The notes under the pieces: model-generated
The model's input: the letters and a program-made list of their open reading frames with translations, nothing else
Told to the model about the DNA's origin: nothing
The model's database searches: none
DNA from: Anaeromyxobacter sp.
Lineage (GTDB): Bacteria > Myxococcota > Myxococcia > Myxococcales > Anaeromyxobacteraceae
NCBI GenBank assembly: GCA_049840735.1
Contig: JASGJN010000022.1
Location: 64,001 to 128,000 of the forward strand
DNA: 64,000 nucleotides
Reading direction: 5' to 3'
Translations under genes and position numbers: made by a program
Shown here: piece after piece, positions 40,789-51,435 of the stretch
How the letters are laid out: each line of letters starts with the position of its first letter
Position numbering within the stretch: position 1 is the stretch's first letter

Positions 40789-41211
40789 GTGCAGCGGCTC
40801 GAGACCACCGCCTACGGCTTCCGCCTGGCCCTCTCCGGCGCCGTCACGCTCGACGAGCTGTCGGAGCTGAAGCAGGCGCTCCAGCGCGCGCTGGAGCGCC
40901 TGTCCCCGGGCTTCGGCGCGCTGGTGGACCTGCGCCGGCTGGCACCGCTCTCCGCCGAGGCCAGCGAGCGCATGATCGAGCTGCAGCGGCTCTGCCGCGC
41001 GGCCGGCCTCGTCCGCTCGGCGGTGGTGCTCGACTCTGCCCTGGTGGCCACGCAGTTCAGCCGGCTGGCGGCGCTGGCGCGGATCCGCCAGGGAGAGCGC
41101 CACCTGGACGCCGGCCGGCACCCGGACTGGGAGCGCGCGGCGGAGCGATGGGTGGTGGCGGCCGAGGAGCCGGTCGCGCCGGTGCCGCTGCCCGCCCCGC
41201 GCAGCCGGTAG
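40789..41211 (+). CDS. Hypothetical protein, possibly STAS/SpoIIAA-like
   Basis: Starts 1 bp after the MCP stop; LSGAVT..ALVDLRRL..SAVV pattern. Confidence 0.55.
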   Translation: MQRLETTAYGFRLALSGAVTLDELSELKQALQRALERLSPGFGALVDLRRLAPLSAEASERMIELQRLCRAAGLVRSAVVLDSALVATQFSRLAALARIRQGERHLDAGRHPDWERAAERWVVAAEEPVAPVPLPAPRSR

Positions 41212-41227
41212 CCCCTCGGGCCCGGGC

Positions 41228-41668
41228 TCACGCCCGCCGCGCGGCCCGCCGCCCCTTCTCCAGCGCGCGCACCGAGAGCTCGGCCACGGTGCGGCTGGAG
41301 AGCGCCGAGAGCAGCCCGCCCAGCGCCTGCTCCTCCACCTCTGCGAAGGCCGCCCGCATCCCGGCGCCGATGGGGCAGCGCGCGCTGGGCTCGGCCGGCG
41401 AGGGGGCCAGCGGCCCCTCCGGCTCCACCGCCCGGTAGACGTCGGCCAGCGTGATCCGCGCCGCCTCGCGCGCCAGCCGGTAGCCGCCGGTCCGCCCCTC
41501 GCGCGCCTCGACCAGCCCCGCGGCCACCAGGTCGCGCAGGATGCGGCGCAGGAAGACGGCGTGCGTGTTGACCGACGAGGCGATGTAGCCGGAGGGGTGG
41601 CCGCCCTCCGGCGCCTGGGAGAGGACGGCCAGCGCGTGCAGCGCCATGGCGAAGCGGCCCGAGGTCAC
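41228..41668 (-). CDS. Rrf2-family transcriptional regulator
   Basis: SGRFAMALHAL, IASSVNTHAVFLRRIL, GGYRLAR..ITLADVYRAVE and CPIG motifs. Confidence 0.9.
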   Translation of the reverse strand: MTSGRFAMALHALAVLSQAPEGGHPSGYIASSVNTHAVFLRRILRDLVAAGLVEAREGRTGGYRLAREAARITLADVYRAVEPEGPLAPSPAEPSARCPIGAGMRAAFAEVEEQALGGLLSALSSRTVAELSVRALEKGRRAARRA

Positions 41669-41763
41669 CCCGAAACTGTAACCGGGCCGGGCTCCGGCCA
41701 CCACCGGGCCGGCGGGCCCCGCGTCCTCCCGCCCCTTGCGGACGGTACGCCCGGGAGGACAGG

Positions 41764-42526
41764 ATGCCGCGTGCTCCTGATCTTCTCCGCCGTCTACTGG
41801 GTCTTCGTGTGCCTCACCATGCCGGTGCTCTACGCGGGCGCCCTGCTGGTGTTCGTGATCACCCTGCCCTTCGACCGCCGGCGGCTCGTGCTGCACATGT
41901 ACTCGTGCATGTGGGGCACGTTCTACGTCTACGCCAACCCGCTCTGGCGGCTGCGCGTGAAGGGGCGCGGGCTCATCCCGTGGCGCGGGCCGGCCGTGAT
42001 CGTGGCCAACCACCTCTCGATGCTGGACATCCTGGTCCTGTACGGGCTGTACCGGCCCTTCAAGTGGGTCTCCAAGGCCGAGCTGTTCAAGGTGCCGTTC
42101 GTCGGCTGGAACATGGTGATCAACGACTACGTGCGCGTGTGGCGGGGCGACCGCGAGTCGGTCCGCAGGATGATGGCCCACTGCCGCGCCCACCTGGCGC
42201 GTGGCACGCCGGTGCTGCTCTTCCCCGAGGGGACCCGGTCGCTGGACGGCCACCTGCAGCCCTTCAAGGAAGGGGCCTTCAAGCTGGCGCACGAGGCCGG
42301 CGTGCCGGTCATCCCGGTGCTGGTGACGGGGACCGCCCAGGCGCTGCCCAAGCACGGCCTGGTGATCCGCCAGCGGATGGTGGCCGAGGTGGAGGTGCTG
42401 CCCGCCATCGACACCAGGGCGTACGCCACGCCCCAGGCGCTGCGCGAGGCCACCCACGCCGTGTTCGCGGCGGCGCTGCCGGAGGCGAACAAGCCGGCCG
42501 CTCCGGCGTCGCGCGCGGCGACCTGA
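41764..42526 (+). CDS. plsC: 1-acyl-sn-glycerol-3-phosphate acyltransferase family protein
   Basis: NHLSMLD and FPEGTRS motifs. The RBS+ATG at 41764 is one base out of frame; the in-frame GTG is at 41771. Confidence 0.85.
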
Positions 42527-42635
42527 GGGGCGCGCGGCCTCGGGCGGCGCGTGGTGGGGAGATGTGAGCGCGGTCGCCGCGCTGGCGCAGCGCAGGATGT
42601 CCCTCCATCGTCCCGGTCCGCGGATAGGATGCGCC

Positions 42636-43852
42636 ATGCGCCTCCCCATCGTCGCCTCCGTCCTCCTCCTCGCCGCGTGCAACCAGCAGGCGGTCACCGA
42701 GCTCGCCAGGTGCCAGCGCGAGCTCGGCGCCACCGACGCCTCCGTCCAGGCGGCGCAGGCGGCGCAGGCCGGCGCGGAGAAGCGCGCCGCGGCGCTGGCC
42801 GCGGAGCTCGAGCAGGTGAAGGCGGAGCTGGCGTCGGCGAGGGCGCAGGCCGAGGCCGCCCCGGGCGCCGTCGCGGCCGAGCCCGGGGTCGCCCCGGCGC
42901 GGGCGGCGGCGAACGGGCCGGTGCGCGTCGGCCTCTCGCTGCCCACGCAGCGCGAGGAGCGGTGGGTGAAGGACAAGCTCACCATGCTGGCGGAGGCGCG
43001 GAAGCGCGGCATCGACCTCCGCGTCCAGATCTCCGAGAACGATCCGGCCCGCCAGCTGGCGCAGTGCCAGAAGCTCATCGCCGACGGGATCCAGGTGCTG
43101 GTGCTCGCGCCAGGCGACGCGGCCGGCGCGGCCCAGATCGTGGATCTCGCCGCCCGGGCGGGCGTGGCGGTCATCAGCTACGACCGGCTCGTGACCGGCT
43201 CGCCGCGCGGCTACTACTACCTCTCCTTCGACAACGTCCGCGTCGGCGAGCTGCAGGGCGAGTACCTGTCCCGCGCCGCCCCCGCGGCAACTACGTGCTC
43301 CTCGCCGGGGCGCCCAGCGACCACAACGCCACGCTCTTCCGGCAGGGCGCGATGCGCCGCCTCCAGCCGCTCATCGCGAGCGGCGCCGTGAAGGTGGTGC
43401 TCGACAGCCCGGTGGAGGGCTGGAATCCGGCCGTCGCCCGGAAGCTCTGCGCGCAGGCGGTGGAGCAGAGCAGCGGCCACATCGACGCGGTGCTGGCCCC
43501 GAACGACGGCACGGCCGGCGGCTGCCTGGAGGCGCTGGCCGCGAAGGGGCTCGCGGGGAAGGTGGTCGTGACCGGCCAGGACGCGGAGCTCGCCGCGGCC
43601 GTCCGGCTGCTCCGCGGCACGCAGGCGATGACGGTCTACAAGGACACGCGCCGCCTGGGCGCGCGCGCCATCGAGCTGGCGCAGGCGCTGGCGCTCGGCA
43701 AGGCCGTGATGGAGGACCGGCTGGTGGACAACGGCGTCCGCCAGGTGCCCGCCATCCTGCTGCCGCCCTTCGCCGTCACCCGCGAGAACCTGGACGAGCA
43801 GCTCATCTCCACGGGCTACCTGAACCGCGACGCGGTCTACCGCCGGAGGTGA
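42636..43852 (+). CDS. XylF-like sugar-binding lipoprotein with N-terminal coiled coil, apparent frameshift at ~43283
   Basis: LAAC lipobox; EERWVKD, VISYDRL, SFDNVRVG, APNDGTAGG, TGQDAE and QAMTVYK motifs. Confidence 0.85.
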
Positions 43853-43867
43853 CGGCGGGCGCGCCGG

Positions 43868-45716
43868 TCAGCGCCCCGCCGGCTCCGCGATCCAGAGCTC
43901 CACGCGCCGGTTCCGCTGCCGGCCCGCCTCGGTGGTGTCCTCTGCCAGCGGCAGCGCCGAGCCCATCCCGGCCACGCGGACGCCGGTGAAGCCGCGCTGC
44001 GCCAGCGCCTGCGCCACCAGGGCGGCGCGCTCGGTCGAGAGCTCGGCGTTCTGCGTGGGCGTGCCCTGGCCGTCGGCGAACCCGAGCACCCGCACGTCGG
44101 CGGGGCTCACGTCGCGGGCGTGCAGGTAGACCACCACCCGGTCGAGGTCCCGCAGGGCCCGGTTGTCGAAGGCGGAGGCGCCCGCCTCGAACCGGGAGCG
44201 TGGTCGAGAGCCGGCGCGCACCGGCGGTGAGCGTGCGGTAGGCCCTGGGCGCGGACGTCGGCGCCGAGACCCGCTCCGCGCGGATGGCCAGCTCCACCAG
44301 CCCGGAGCGCTGGACGGCCCGCTGGCCGTCCTCGCCCATGGCGAACTCGAGGAAGCGCGCCACGTGCGGGTTCCGGCTGGCCTGGGCCGAGTAGAGGAAG
44401 ACGCGGTGCGCGAGCGGGTACTCCTCCGTCGCGACGGTGAACGGGGTCGGGAGCGTGGCCACGCGCCCGGGCTCGGAGACCGGGACCACCCGCGCGCCAG
44501 CCACCCGGGCCATGGGCACGAACCCGATGCCGCCCGGATTGCCCACCACCGCGTCCACCACCGCCTGGAAGCCGCCCGGTCGCCTCGCCTCGGCGCCGAG
44601 CGCACGGCCGCCCAGGACCGTGGCCTGGAGCACCTCGGCGACGCCGGAGCCGGCGTCGGGCAGGTAGACGTGGACCCCCGAGGCCACCGGCCCGCCCTTG
44701 CCGTCCACGCCCACCGAGGACCACTCGTCGTCGCCGGCCAGCCCCAGCGCGGACCAGTCGGACACGTCGCCGGCGAGGAGGTCCGCCAGCGCCGCCCTGT
44801 CGAGCTGGGAGACGCCGTTGGCGCGGTTCACGATGACGGCGATGCCGTCGAGCGCCAGCACGTGCTCGTTCGCCTGCGAGGTCATCGTGCCCAGGGCGGC
44901 GAGCCGCTGCCGCTCCTCCGGGCTGATCCGCCGGGACGAGAAGGCCAGGTCGGCCGTGCCGGCCAGGAGGCCCTCGAAGCCCCGCGCCGTGCTGCCGAGC
45001 ACCACCGTCACCGCCGCGCGCTGCCCCCCGAGCTCCGCCTCGACCCGCACCTCGCCGCCGGCGGGGCTGGTGGCGCGGATCCCGGAGGCCCCGAGCACGC
45101 CCAGGTAGGCCTGCGCGAGCGCCGTCGCGACGTCGGCGCCGAGCGCGTCCGCGCCGGCCAGGCGGAGCAGCGGCGCGGCGCCGGCGGGCACGGCGGGCAC
45201 GGCGGGGGACGCCGTCGCGGCAGGGGGCTCGGCGGTGGCCGCGGGCGCCGGGCCGCCGCGCAGGGCGAGCCAGGCGCCGGCGCCGAGGACCAGCGCGAGC
45301 GCCGCGCCCGCGCCGGCGAGGAGCAGGGCCCGCGGGCGAGCGCCGGACCGTCCCCGCGCCGCGGCGCCCGCGCCGACGATCCGGCGGCGCTCGTCCGCCT
45401 CCCGCTGCCCGTCGAGGAGCAGGAACTGCCAGGTCCGGCTGATGGTGACGTGCGGTGAGCGCACGTCGGCGGCCAGCGCGACGGTCCCACCGTGCCAGGT
45501 GAGGATCTCCTGGAACGCGACCTCGCCGGCGCCGCGCTCGGTCTCCGCGTGCACCAGGCGGCCTTCGCGGAAGAAGATGCGCCCGGACCTGCGCCCGTGG
45601 GCGACGGTGATGCAGCCGGTGAACCCGGTCGCGCCCTTCAGCTGGACGATGTCGACCAGATCGAGCCCGACGACCGCGGTCTCCCGCTCGTCGGCCGCCC
45701 GCGGCGTCGATGCCAT
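43868..45716 (-). CDS. DUF4388 + TM + PstS-like binding domain + OmpA-like domain fusion, apparent frameshift at ~44196
   Basis: GRIFFREGRLVHAE (DUF4388), ADLAFSSR and ALDGIAVIVN (PBP), GFADGQG..NAELSTERA..NRRVE (OmpA). Confidence 0.8.
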
Positions 45717-45939
45717 GGACCCCCGTTCCATGCCCGCGGCGCCGCCCCCCCGGGCGCGCCGCAGTGACCGCTTCCTCGCGCCGCGGAGTCTCCCACCGGG
45801 GGTTCCAGCGGGCAAGCAGGCGAGCGCGGCAGGCGCGAGGCGCACCTCGTCCGACATGGCGGATCCCCGGCCGGACTCCGAGCGCCCCGGCGTCGCCCGG
45901 TCCCGGGCGACCGGCCTCGGCGGTGAGGCTACCTGGGCC

Positions 45940-47184
45940 TCACTGTGAGGCCGGGGTCCCGCGCGGCAACCGCACCGTCACCTCGGTGAACCCGTCCTCC
46001 GAGGCGACGCCGATCTCCCCGCCGTGGCGGGTGACGATCTCTCGCGCGATGTAGAGCCCCAGCCCCAGCCCGGAGCCCTTGCGGCTCTTCTCCTCCGGCG
46101 GGCGCGAAAACGGCTCGAAGAGCCGCGCCAGCACCTCCGGCGGCACCGCCGACCCCTCGTTGCGCACGCCCAGGATCACGTGCCCAGGCTCGCCGCGCAG
46201 CCGCACCTGCACCGGCGTGCTCGGGTCGCCGTGATCGATGGCGTTGGCCACCAGGTTGGAGACCACCTGCTCCAGCCGGTCCGGATCCCACTCCCCGCGG
46301 ACGTCGCCCTCCACCTCCAGCGCCAGCGTCCGGTCCGGGTTGGCCGCCTGCAGCTCCTCCACCACGCGGCGCGCCAGGTCGTCGAGCTGCGCCGGGCGCG
46401 GCTGGACCGGCAGCCCGTTCCCCAGCCGCGTGCGCGTGTACGAGAGCAGGTCGGCGATGATCCGGCCCATCCGCCCGGCCGAGGAGCGCATCCGCTCCAC
46501 CGCCCGCGCCTGCCAGCCCTCCAGCGCGCCGCGCTTCTGCAGCAGCGCCGCGGACATGTGCACCGCGCCCAGCGGGTTGCGCAGGTCGTGGCCCACCACC
46601 CCCAGGATGAAGTCCACCGCCTTGCGCCGCGACTCGAGCTCCAGCGCCGCCCGCCGCGCCTGCTCGCCGGCCCGGCGCTGCTCGCGCTCGGCCTCGCCCT
46701 GCTGCAGCGCGCGGCCGCAGCGGTCGGCCGCCACCCGCAGCAGCGCCAGCGCCTCCTCGCCCAGCGCGTCGCGCGCCCGCGAGCCCAGCAGCAGCGCCCC
46801 GCGCCGCTCGCCGGACCGCAGCGGCACGCCCAGCGCGCCGCGCGTCCCGGCCGGCAGCGGCGCGCCCGGCGCCGAGGCCGCGGCCGGCGCGCCGGCGGCG
46901 ATCACCTGCGCGGCCAGGCCGGCCGGCTCCGGCGCCGCCTCGTCCTCGGCCGGCTCCAGCCCCACCGCCGCCGCCACCTCCAGCGCGCCGCCCTGGTCCA
47001 GCACCAGCGCCGCCGCGTCCGCCTCGGGCACGGCGTCCACCAGCGCCGAGACCAGCCGCCGCAGCGCCGACTCCTCCGGCTCGACCGCCAGGATCCGCTC
47101 CACGCGCGCCGCCAGGCCGGCCGGCTCGGGCTCGGGCGCGTGCGCCGCGCCCGGGACCACCCCGAGACCGCCCTGGTCTGCCAT
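45940..47184 (-). CDS. GAF sensor histidine kinase
   Basis: GHDLRNPL, NLVANAIDHG, LFEPF and GLGLGLYI motifs. Confidence 0.9.
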   Translation of the reverse strand: MADQGGLGVVPGAAHAPEPEPAGLAARVERILAVEPEESALRRLVSALVDAVPEADAAALVLDQGGALEVAAAVGLEPAEDEAAPEPAGLAAQVIAAGAPAAASAPGAPLPAGTRGALGVPLRSGERRGALLLGSRARDALGEEALALLRVAADRCGRALQQGEAEREQRRAGEQARRAALELESRRKAVDFILGVVGHDLRNPLGAVHMSAALLQKRGALEGWQARAVERMRSSAGRMGRIIADLLSYTRTRLGNGLPVQPRPAQLDDLARRVVEELQAANPDRTLALEVEGDVRGEWDPDRLEQVVSNLVANAIDHGDPSTPVQVRLRGEPGHVILGVRNEGSAVPPEVLARLFEPFSRPPEEKSRKGSGLGLGLYIAREIVTRHGGEIGVASEDGFTEVTVRLPRGTPASQ

Positions 47185-47294
47185 CCCCCCGATCTGCGCG
47201 CGCCAGGGGCGTCCGGGAACCCCCCTCGCGGCCGCCCGACTGCCCCCTACGCGGGCCAGCACCCATTGACTGGCCGGCACCCGGGGCAGCGGCT

Positions 47295-47392
47295 GGCCTT
47301 CGACTCCGCCGCCGCTCCGCAGCGGCTACGCTCAGGCGGAACGGCGGAGCCCATCCGTTCGGCCTGCCTCAGCAGGCTCGGAGTCGAAGGCC
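47295..47392. repeat. Inverted doublet of REP-like elements
   Basis: GGCCTTCGACTCCG..GAACGG-10nt-CCGTTCGG..GGAGTCGAAGGCC. Confidence 0.85.
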
Positions 47393-47590
47393 AGGTGCGG
47401 AGCTGCCCGCTCTCCGTGCAGCGGCCCGGGGCGCGCCTTGACGCGGCGGGTCGAGGGGGCCCCGGCCGCCCCGGCGCCGATGTGTGCGTCAGCTTTACCG
47501 GACCCGCCCCCGCGGTTATGGTGGCGCGATTTCCGGGCCGTTTTTCCAACGCGCCGCAGGGCGCGACCGCCGCTGGGAGGCCGCCGCCGC

Positions 47591-49132
47591 ATGAGCACGC
47601 CGTCCTCGAGGAAGATCACCAAGGTCCTGGTCGCGAACCGCGGGGAGATCGCGGTCCGCGTGGTCCGGACCTGCCGCGAGATGGGGCTGAAGACGGTCGC
47701 GGTCTACTCCGACGCCGACCGCGGCTCGTTCCACGTCCGCAAGGCCGACGAGGCCGTGCACATCGGCCCCTCGCCCTCGCGCCAGAGCTACCTGGTGATC
47801 GAGCGCATCCTGGACGCCTGCCGGAAGACCGGCGCCGACGCGGTCCACCCCGGCTACGGCTTCCTCTCCGAGAAGGCGGAGTTCGCCCGCGCGCTCGACG
47901 CGGCCGGCATCACCTTCATCGGCCCGCGCGCCGAGTCGATGGACGCCATGGGCGTGAAGACCACCGCCCGCAAGAACATGCAGGCCGCGGGCGTGCCCAC
48001 CGTGCCCGGCTCGGCGGCCCCCATCGCCGACGCCGACGAGGCCAAGGCCTTCGCCGACTCCATCGGCTACCCGGTGATGATCAAGGCGGCGGCCGGCGGC
48101 GGCGGCAAGGGCATGAAGAAGTGCGACCGCGCCGAGGACTTCCCGGGCCTGTGGGCCTCGGCCAAGCGCGAGGCCGGCAGCGCCTTCGGCGACGACCGGA
48201 TGTACCTCGAGAAGTTCCTGGAGAAGCCGCGCCACGTGGAGATCCAGGTCTTCGCCGACGAGCACGGCAACTGCGTCTACCTGGGCGAGCGCGAGTGCTC
48301 GGTCCAGCGCCGGCAGCAGAAGGTGATTGAGGAGAGCCCGAGCTGCATCCTGGACGAGAAGATGCGCCAGGCCATGGGCGAGGTGGCGGTCCGGGCGGCG
48401 CGCGCCGTGAACTACCGCGGCGCCGGCACGGTCGAGTTCCTGGTGGACGCCCACCGCAACTTCTACTTCCTCGAGATGAACACCCGGCTCCAGGTGGAGC
48501 ACCCGGTGACCGAGATGATCACCGGCCTGGACCTGGTCCGGATGCAGCTCGAGGTGGCCCAGGGGGAGAAGATCCTGGCGCAGCACGAGGTGGTGCGGCG
48601 CGGCCACGCCGTCGAGGCGCGCGTCTACGCCGAGGATCCGGCCAGGGGGTTCATCCCCAGCCCCGGGAAGATCACCTACCTGCGCGTGCCCGGCGGCCCG
48701 GGCGTGCGCGACGACTCCGGCATCTACACCGGCTGGGTGGTCCCGCAGTTCTACGACCCCATGCTCTCCAAGCTGGTGGCCTGGGCGCCCACCCGGACGC
48801 AGGCCATCGACCGCCTGGTGCGCGCGCTGGACGAGTACACGGTCCATGGCATCACCACCAACATCGGCTACCTGGTCGCGGTCCTGAACCACCCCGCCTT
48901 CCGGTCGGGGGAGTACGACACCGGCTTCTGCGGCAAGTTCGCCGCCGATTTGGTGCGACCGCCCGATCCACGCTGGCAGCCGGTGGCGCTGATCGCCGCG
49001 GCCATCGCCGCCCACAAGCGCGACACGGAGGAGGCCGAGGCCTTCGCCGCGCGCGCGGGCGCAGGGGCGGCCGGGAAGTCGGCCTGGGCGCGGCTGGGGC
49101 GCGCACGCGCGATGCGGGGAGGTGTGCGGTGA
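47591..49132 (+). CDS. accC: Biotin carboxylase subunit of an acyl-CoA carboxylase
   Basis: VANRGEIA, HPGYGFLSE, GGGGKGM and EMNTRLQVEH motifs. Confidence 0.93.
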   Translation: MSTPSSRKITKVLVANRGEIAVRVVRTCREMGLKTVAVYSDADRGSFHVRKADEAVHIGPSPSRQSYLVIERILDACRKTGADAVHPGYGFLSEKAEFARALDAAGITFIGPRAESMDAMGVKTTARKNMQAAGVPTVPGSAAPIADADEAKAFADSIGYPVMIKAAAGGGGKGMKKCDRAEDFPGLWASAKREAGSAFGDDRMYLEKFLEKPRHVEIQVFADEHGNCVYLGERECSVQRRQQKVIEESPSCILDEKMRQAMGEVAVRAARAVNYRGAGTVEFLVDAHRNFYFLEMNTRLQVEHPVTEMITGLDLVRMQLEVAQGEKILAQHEVVRRGHAVEARVYAEDPARGFIPSPGKITYLRVPGGPGVRDDSGIYTGWVVPQFYDPMLSKLVAWAPTRTQAIDRLVRALDEYTVHGITTNIGYLVAVLNHPAFRSGEYDTGFCGKFAADLVRPPDPRWQPVALIAAAIAAHKRDTEEAEAFAARAGAGAAGKSAWARLGRARAMRGGVR

Positions 49133-49637
49133 GCACGTACGTGGCGCTGCTGGAGGGGGATCGCGAGCAGGCGATCGAGGTCGTGCAGCTGGAGCAGGGC
49201 ATCTACGAGGTGCGGATGGCGGCCAGGTGCACCGGGTGGACGCCTACCGGCACGACTACGGCACCTTGTCGCTCCTGGTGGACGGCGCCAGCTACAGCGC
49301 CACGCTGGACGAGCGCGGCACCAAGCTGCATGTGCGAATCCAGGACTCGGTCTACCCTCTCGAGATTCTCGACGAGAAGAAGCTCAGGCTCCGTCGCGCG
49401 GCAGCCCGCTTCACCGTCGAGGGAAAGCAGACGCTCACCGCGCCGATGCCCGGGAAGATCGTCAAGGTGCTGGTCGGCCTGGGCGACACGGTGACGGAAG
49501 GGCAGGGGCTCCTGGTCGTCGAGGCCATGAAGATGGAGAACGAGCTCAAGAGCCCCAAGGCCGGGAAGGTGGTCGAGCTGCACGTGAAGGAGGGGCAGAC
49601 CGTCGAGGGCAACGCGAAGCTCTGCGCGGTCGAGTGA
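49129..49637 (+). CDS. Biotin carboxyl carrier protein, apparent frameshift at ~49218
   Basis: APMPGKI and VEAMKMENE biotinylation motif; GTGA overlap with the upstream gene. Confidence 0.9.
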
Positions 49638-49778
49638 GGAACCGGTCACCCTGAGCCCGCGCGCCGCCCGGAGGGCGGCGGCCGCCCAGGGCCGACGGAT
49701 GGCACGCGAGCGGGTCGCCCCGATCCCTCGCGAACGGAGCGGGCCGGCCCAAGGGCCGCGCCCGCCGGGAAAGAAGAG

Positions 49779-51429
49779 ATGGCGGACGACAGGAAGCAGC
49801 GCTGGCTGGAAGGGACGTACGGCAAGGCGATCAAGAAGGCCCCCGAGCGCCGCAAGAAGTTCGACACGACCAGCGGCGTGGTCGAGGAGCCGGTCTACAC
49901 CGCCGGTGACGTGAAGCCGGGGCTGGAGGACCGCCTGGGCCTGCCCGGCGAGTTCCCCTTCACCCGCGGCGTGCAGCCCACCATGTACCGCGGCCGCTTC
50001 TGGACCATGCGCCAGTACGCCGGCTTCGGCACGGCCGAGGAGTCCAACGAGCGGTACCGCTACCTGCTCAAGTCCGGCCAGACCGGCCTCTCGGTCGCGT
50101 TCGACCTGCCCACGCAGATGGGGCGCGACTCCGACCACCCGCGCGCGCGCGGCGAGGTCGGCAAGGTCGGCGTCGCGATCGACTCGATCCGCGACATGGA
50201 GATCCTCTTCAAGGAGATCCCGCTCGGCGAGGTCTCCACCTCCATGACCATCAACGCCACCGGCGGCATCCTCCTGGCGCTGTACCAGGCGGTGGCGGAG
50301 AAGCAGGGCGTGGGCCCGGAGAAGCTCCAGGGCACCATCCAGAACGACCTGCTGAAGGAGTACGCGGCCCGCGGCACGTACATCTACCCGCCCGAGCCCT
50401 CGCTCCGCGTCATCACCGACATCTTCGCCTACACCGCGAAGGTGATGCCGAAGTGGAACCCGATCTCCATCTCGGGCTACCACATCCGCGAGGCCGGCTC
50501 GACGGCGGCGCAGGAGATCGCCTTCACGCTGGCCGACGGCATCCAGTACATCGACGCGGCCGTGAAGGCCGGGCTCGACGTGGACGCCTTCGCCGGCCGC
50601 CTCTCCTTCTTCTTCAACGCGCACAACAACCTGCTGGAGGAGGTCGCGAAGTTCCGCGCCGCCCGCCGGCTCTGGGCGCGCATCGTGAAGGAGCGGTTCA
50701 AGGCCAAGGACCCGCGCTCGATGATGCTGCGGTTCCACACCCAGACCGCGGGCTCCATGCTCACCGCGCAGCAGCCGGACAACAACATCGTCCGCGTGAC
50801 GCTGCAGGCGCTGGCGGCGGTGCTGGGCGGCACCCAGTCGCTGCACACCAACTCGCGGGACGAGGCCCTCGGCCTCCCCACCGAGGACTCGGTGCGCATC
50901 GCGCTCCGCACCCAGCAGATCATCGCCAACGAGTCCGGCGCGGCCGACGTGATTGACCCGCTGGGCGGCAGCTGGTTCATCGAGGCGATGACCGACGAGC
51001 TGGAGGGGCGCGCCGAGGAGTACATCAAGAAGATCGACGAGATGGGCGGCATGGTCCAGGCCATCTCCAAGGGCTACGTCCAGCGCGAGATCCAGGAGGC
51101 GGCCTACGCCTGGCAGCGCTCGGTGGAGAACAAGGAGCAGGTGGTCGTGGGCGTGAACGCCTACAAGGCCGAGGATCTCGCCGGTGCCGGTCATGAAGAT
51201 CGACCCGTCCGTCGAGGCCCGCCAGGTCGAGTCGCTGCAGGCCTTCAAGAAGGCCCGCAACGCCGCCGCCGTGTCGGCCGCGCTGGACAAGGTGCGCGCG
51301 GGTGCGAAGGGGAAGGAGAACCTCATGCCCCTGTTCCTCGAGGCCGTGAAGGCCGAGACGACCATGGGCGAGATCTCCGACGCGCTGCGCGACGTGTTCG
51401 GCGAGTACAAGGAGACGGTGGTACTCTAG
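49779..51429 (+). CDS. Methylmalonyl-CoA mutase, substrate-binding (large) subunit, apparent frameshift at ~51178
   Basis: [29 protein letters not shown] and QSLHTNS motifs; the C-terminus ([16 protein letters not shown]) lies in the next frame. Confidence 0.93.
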
Positions 51430-51435
51430 GAAGGC

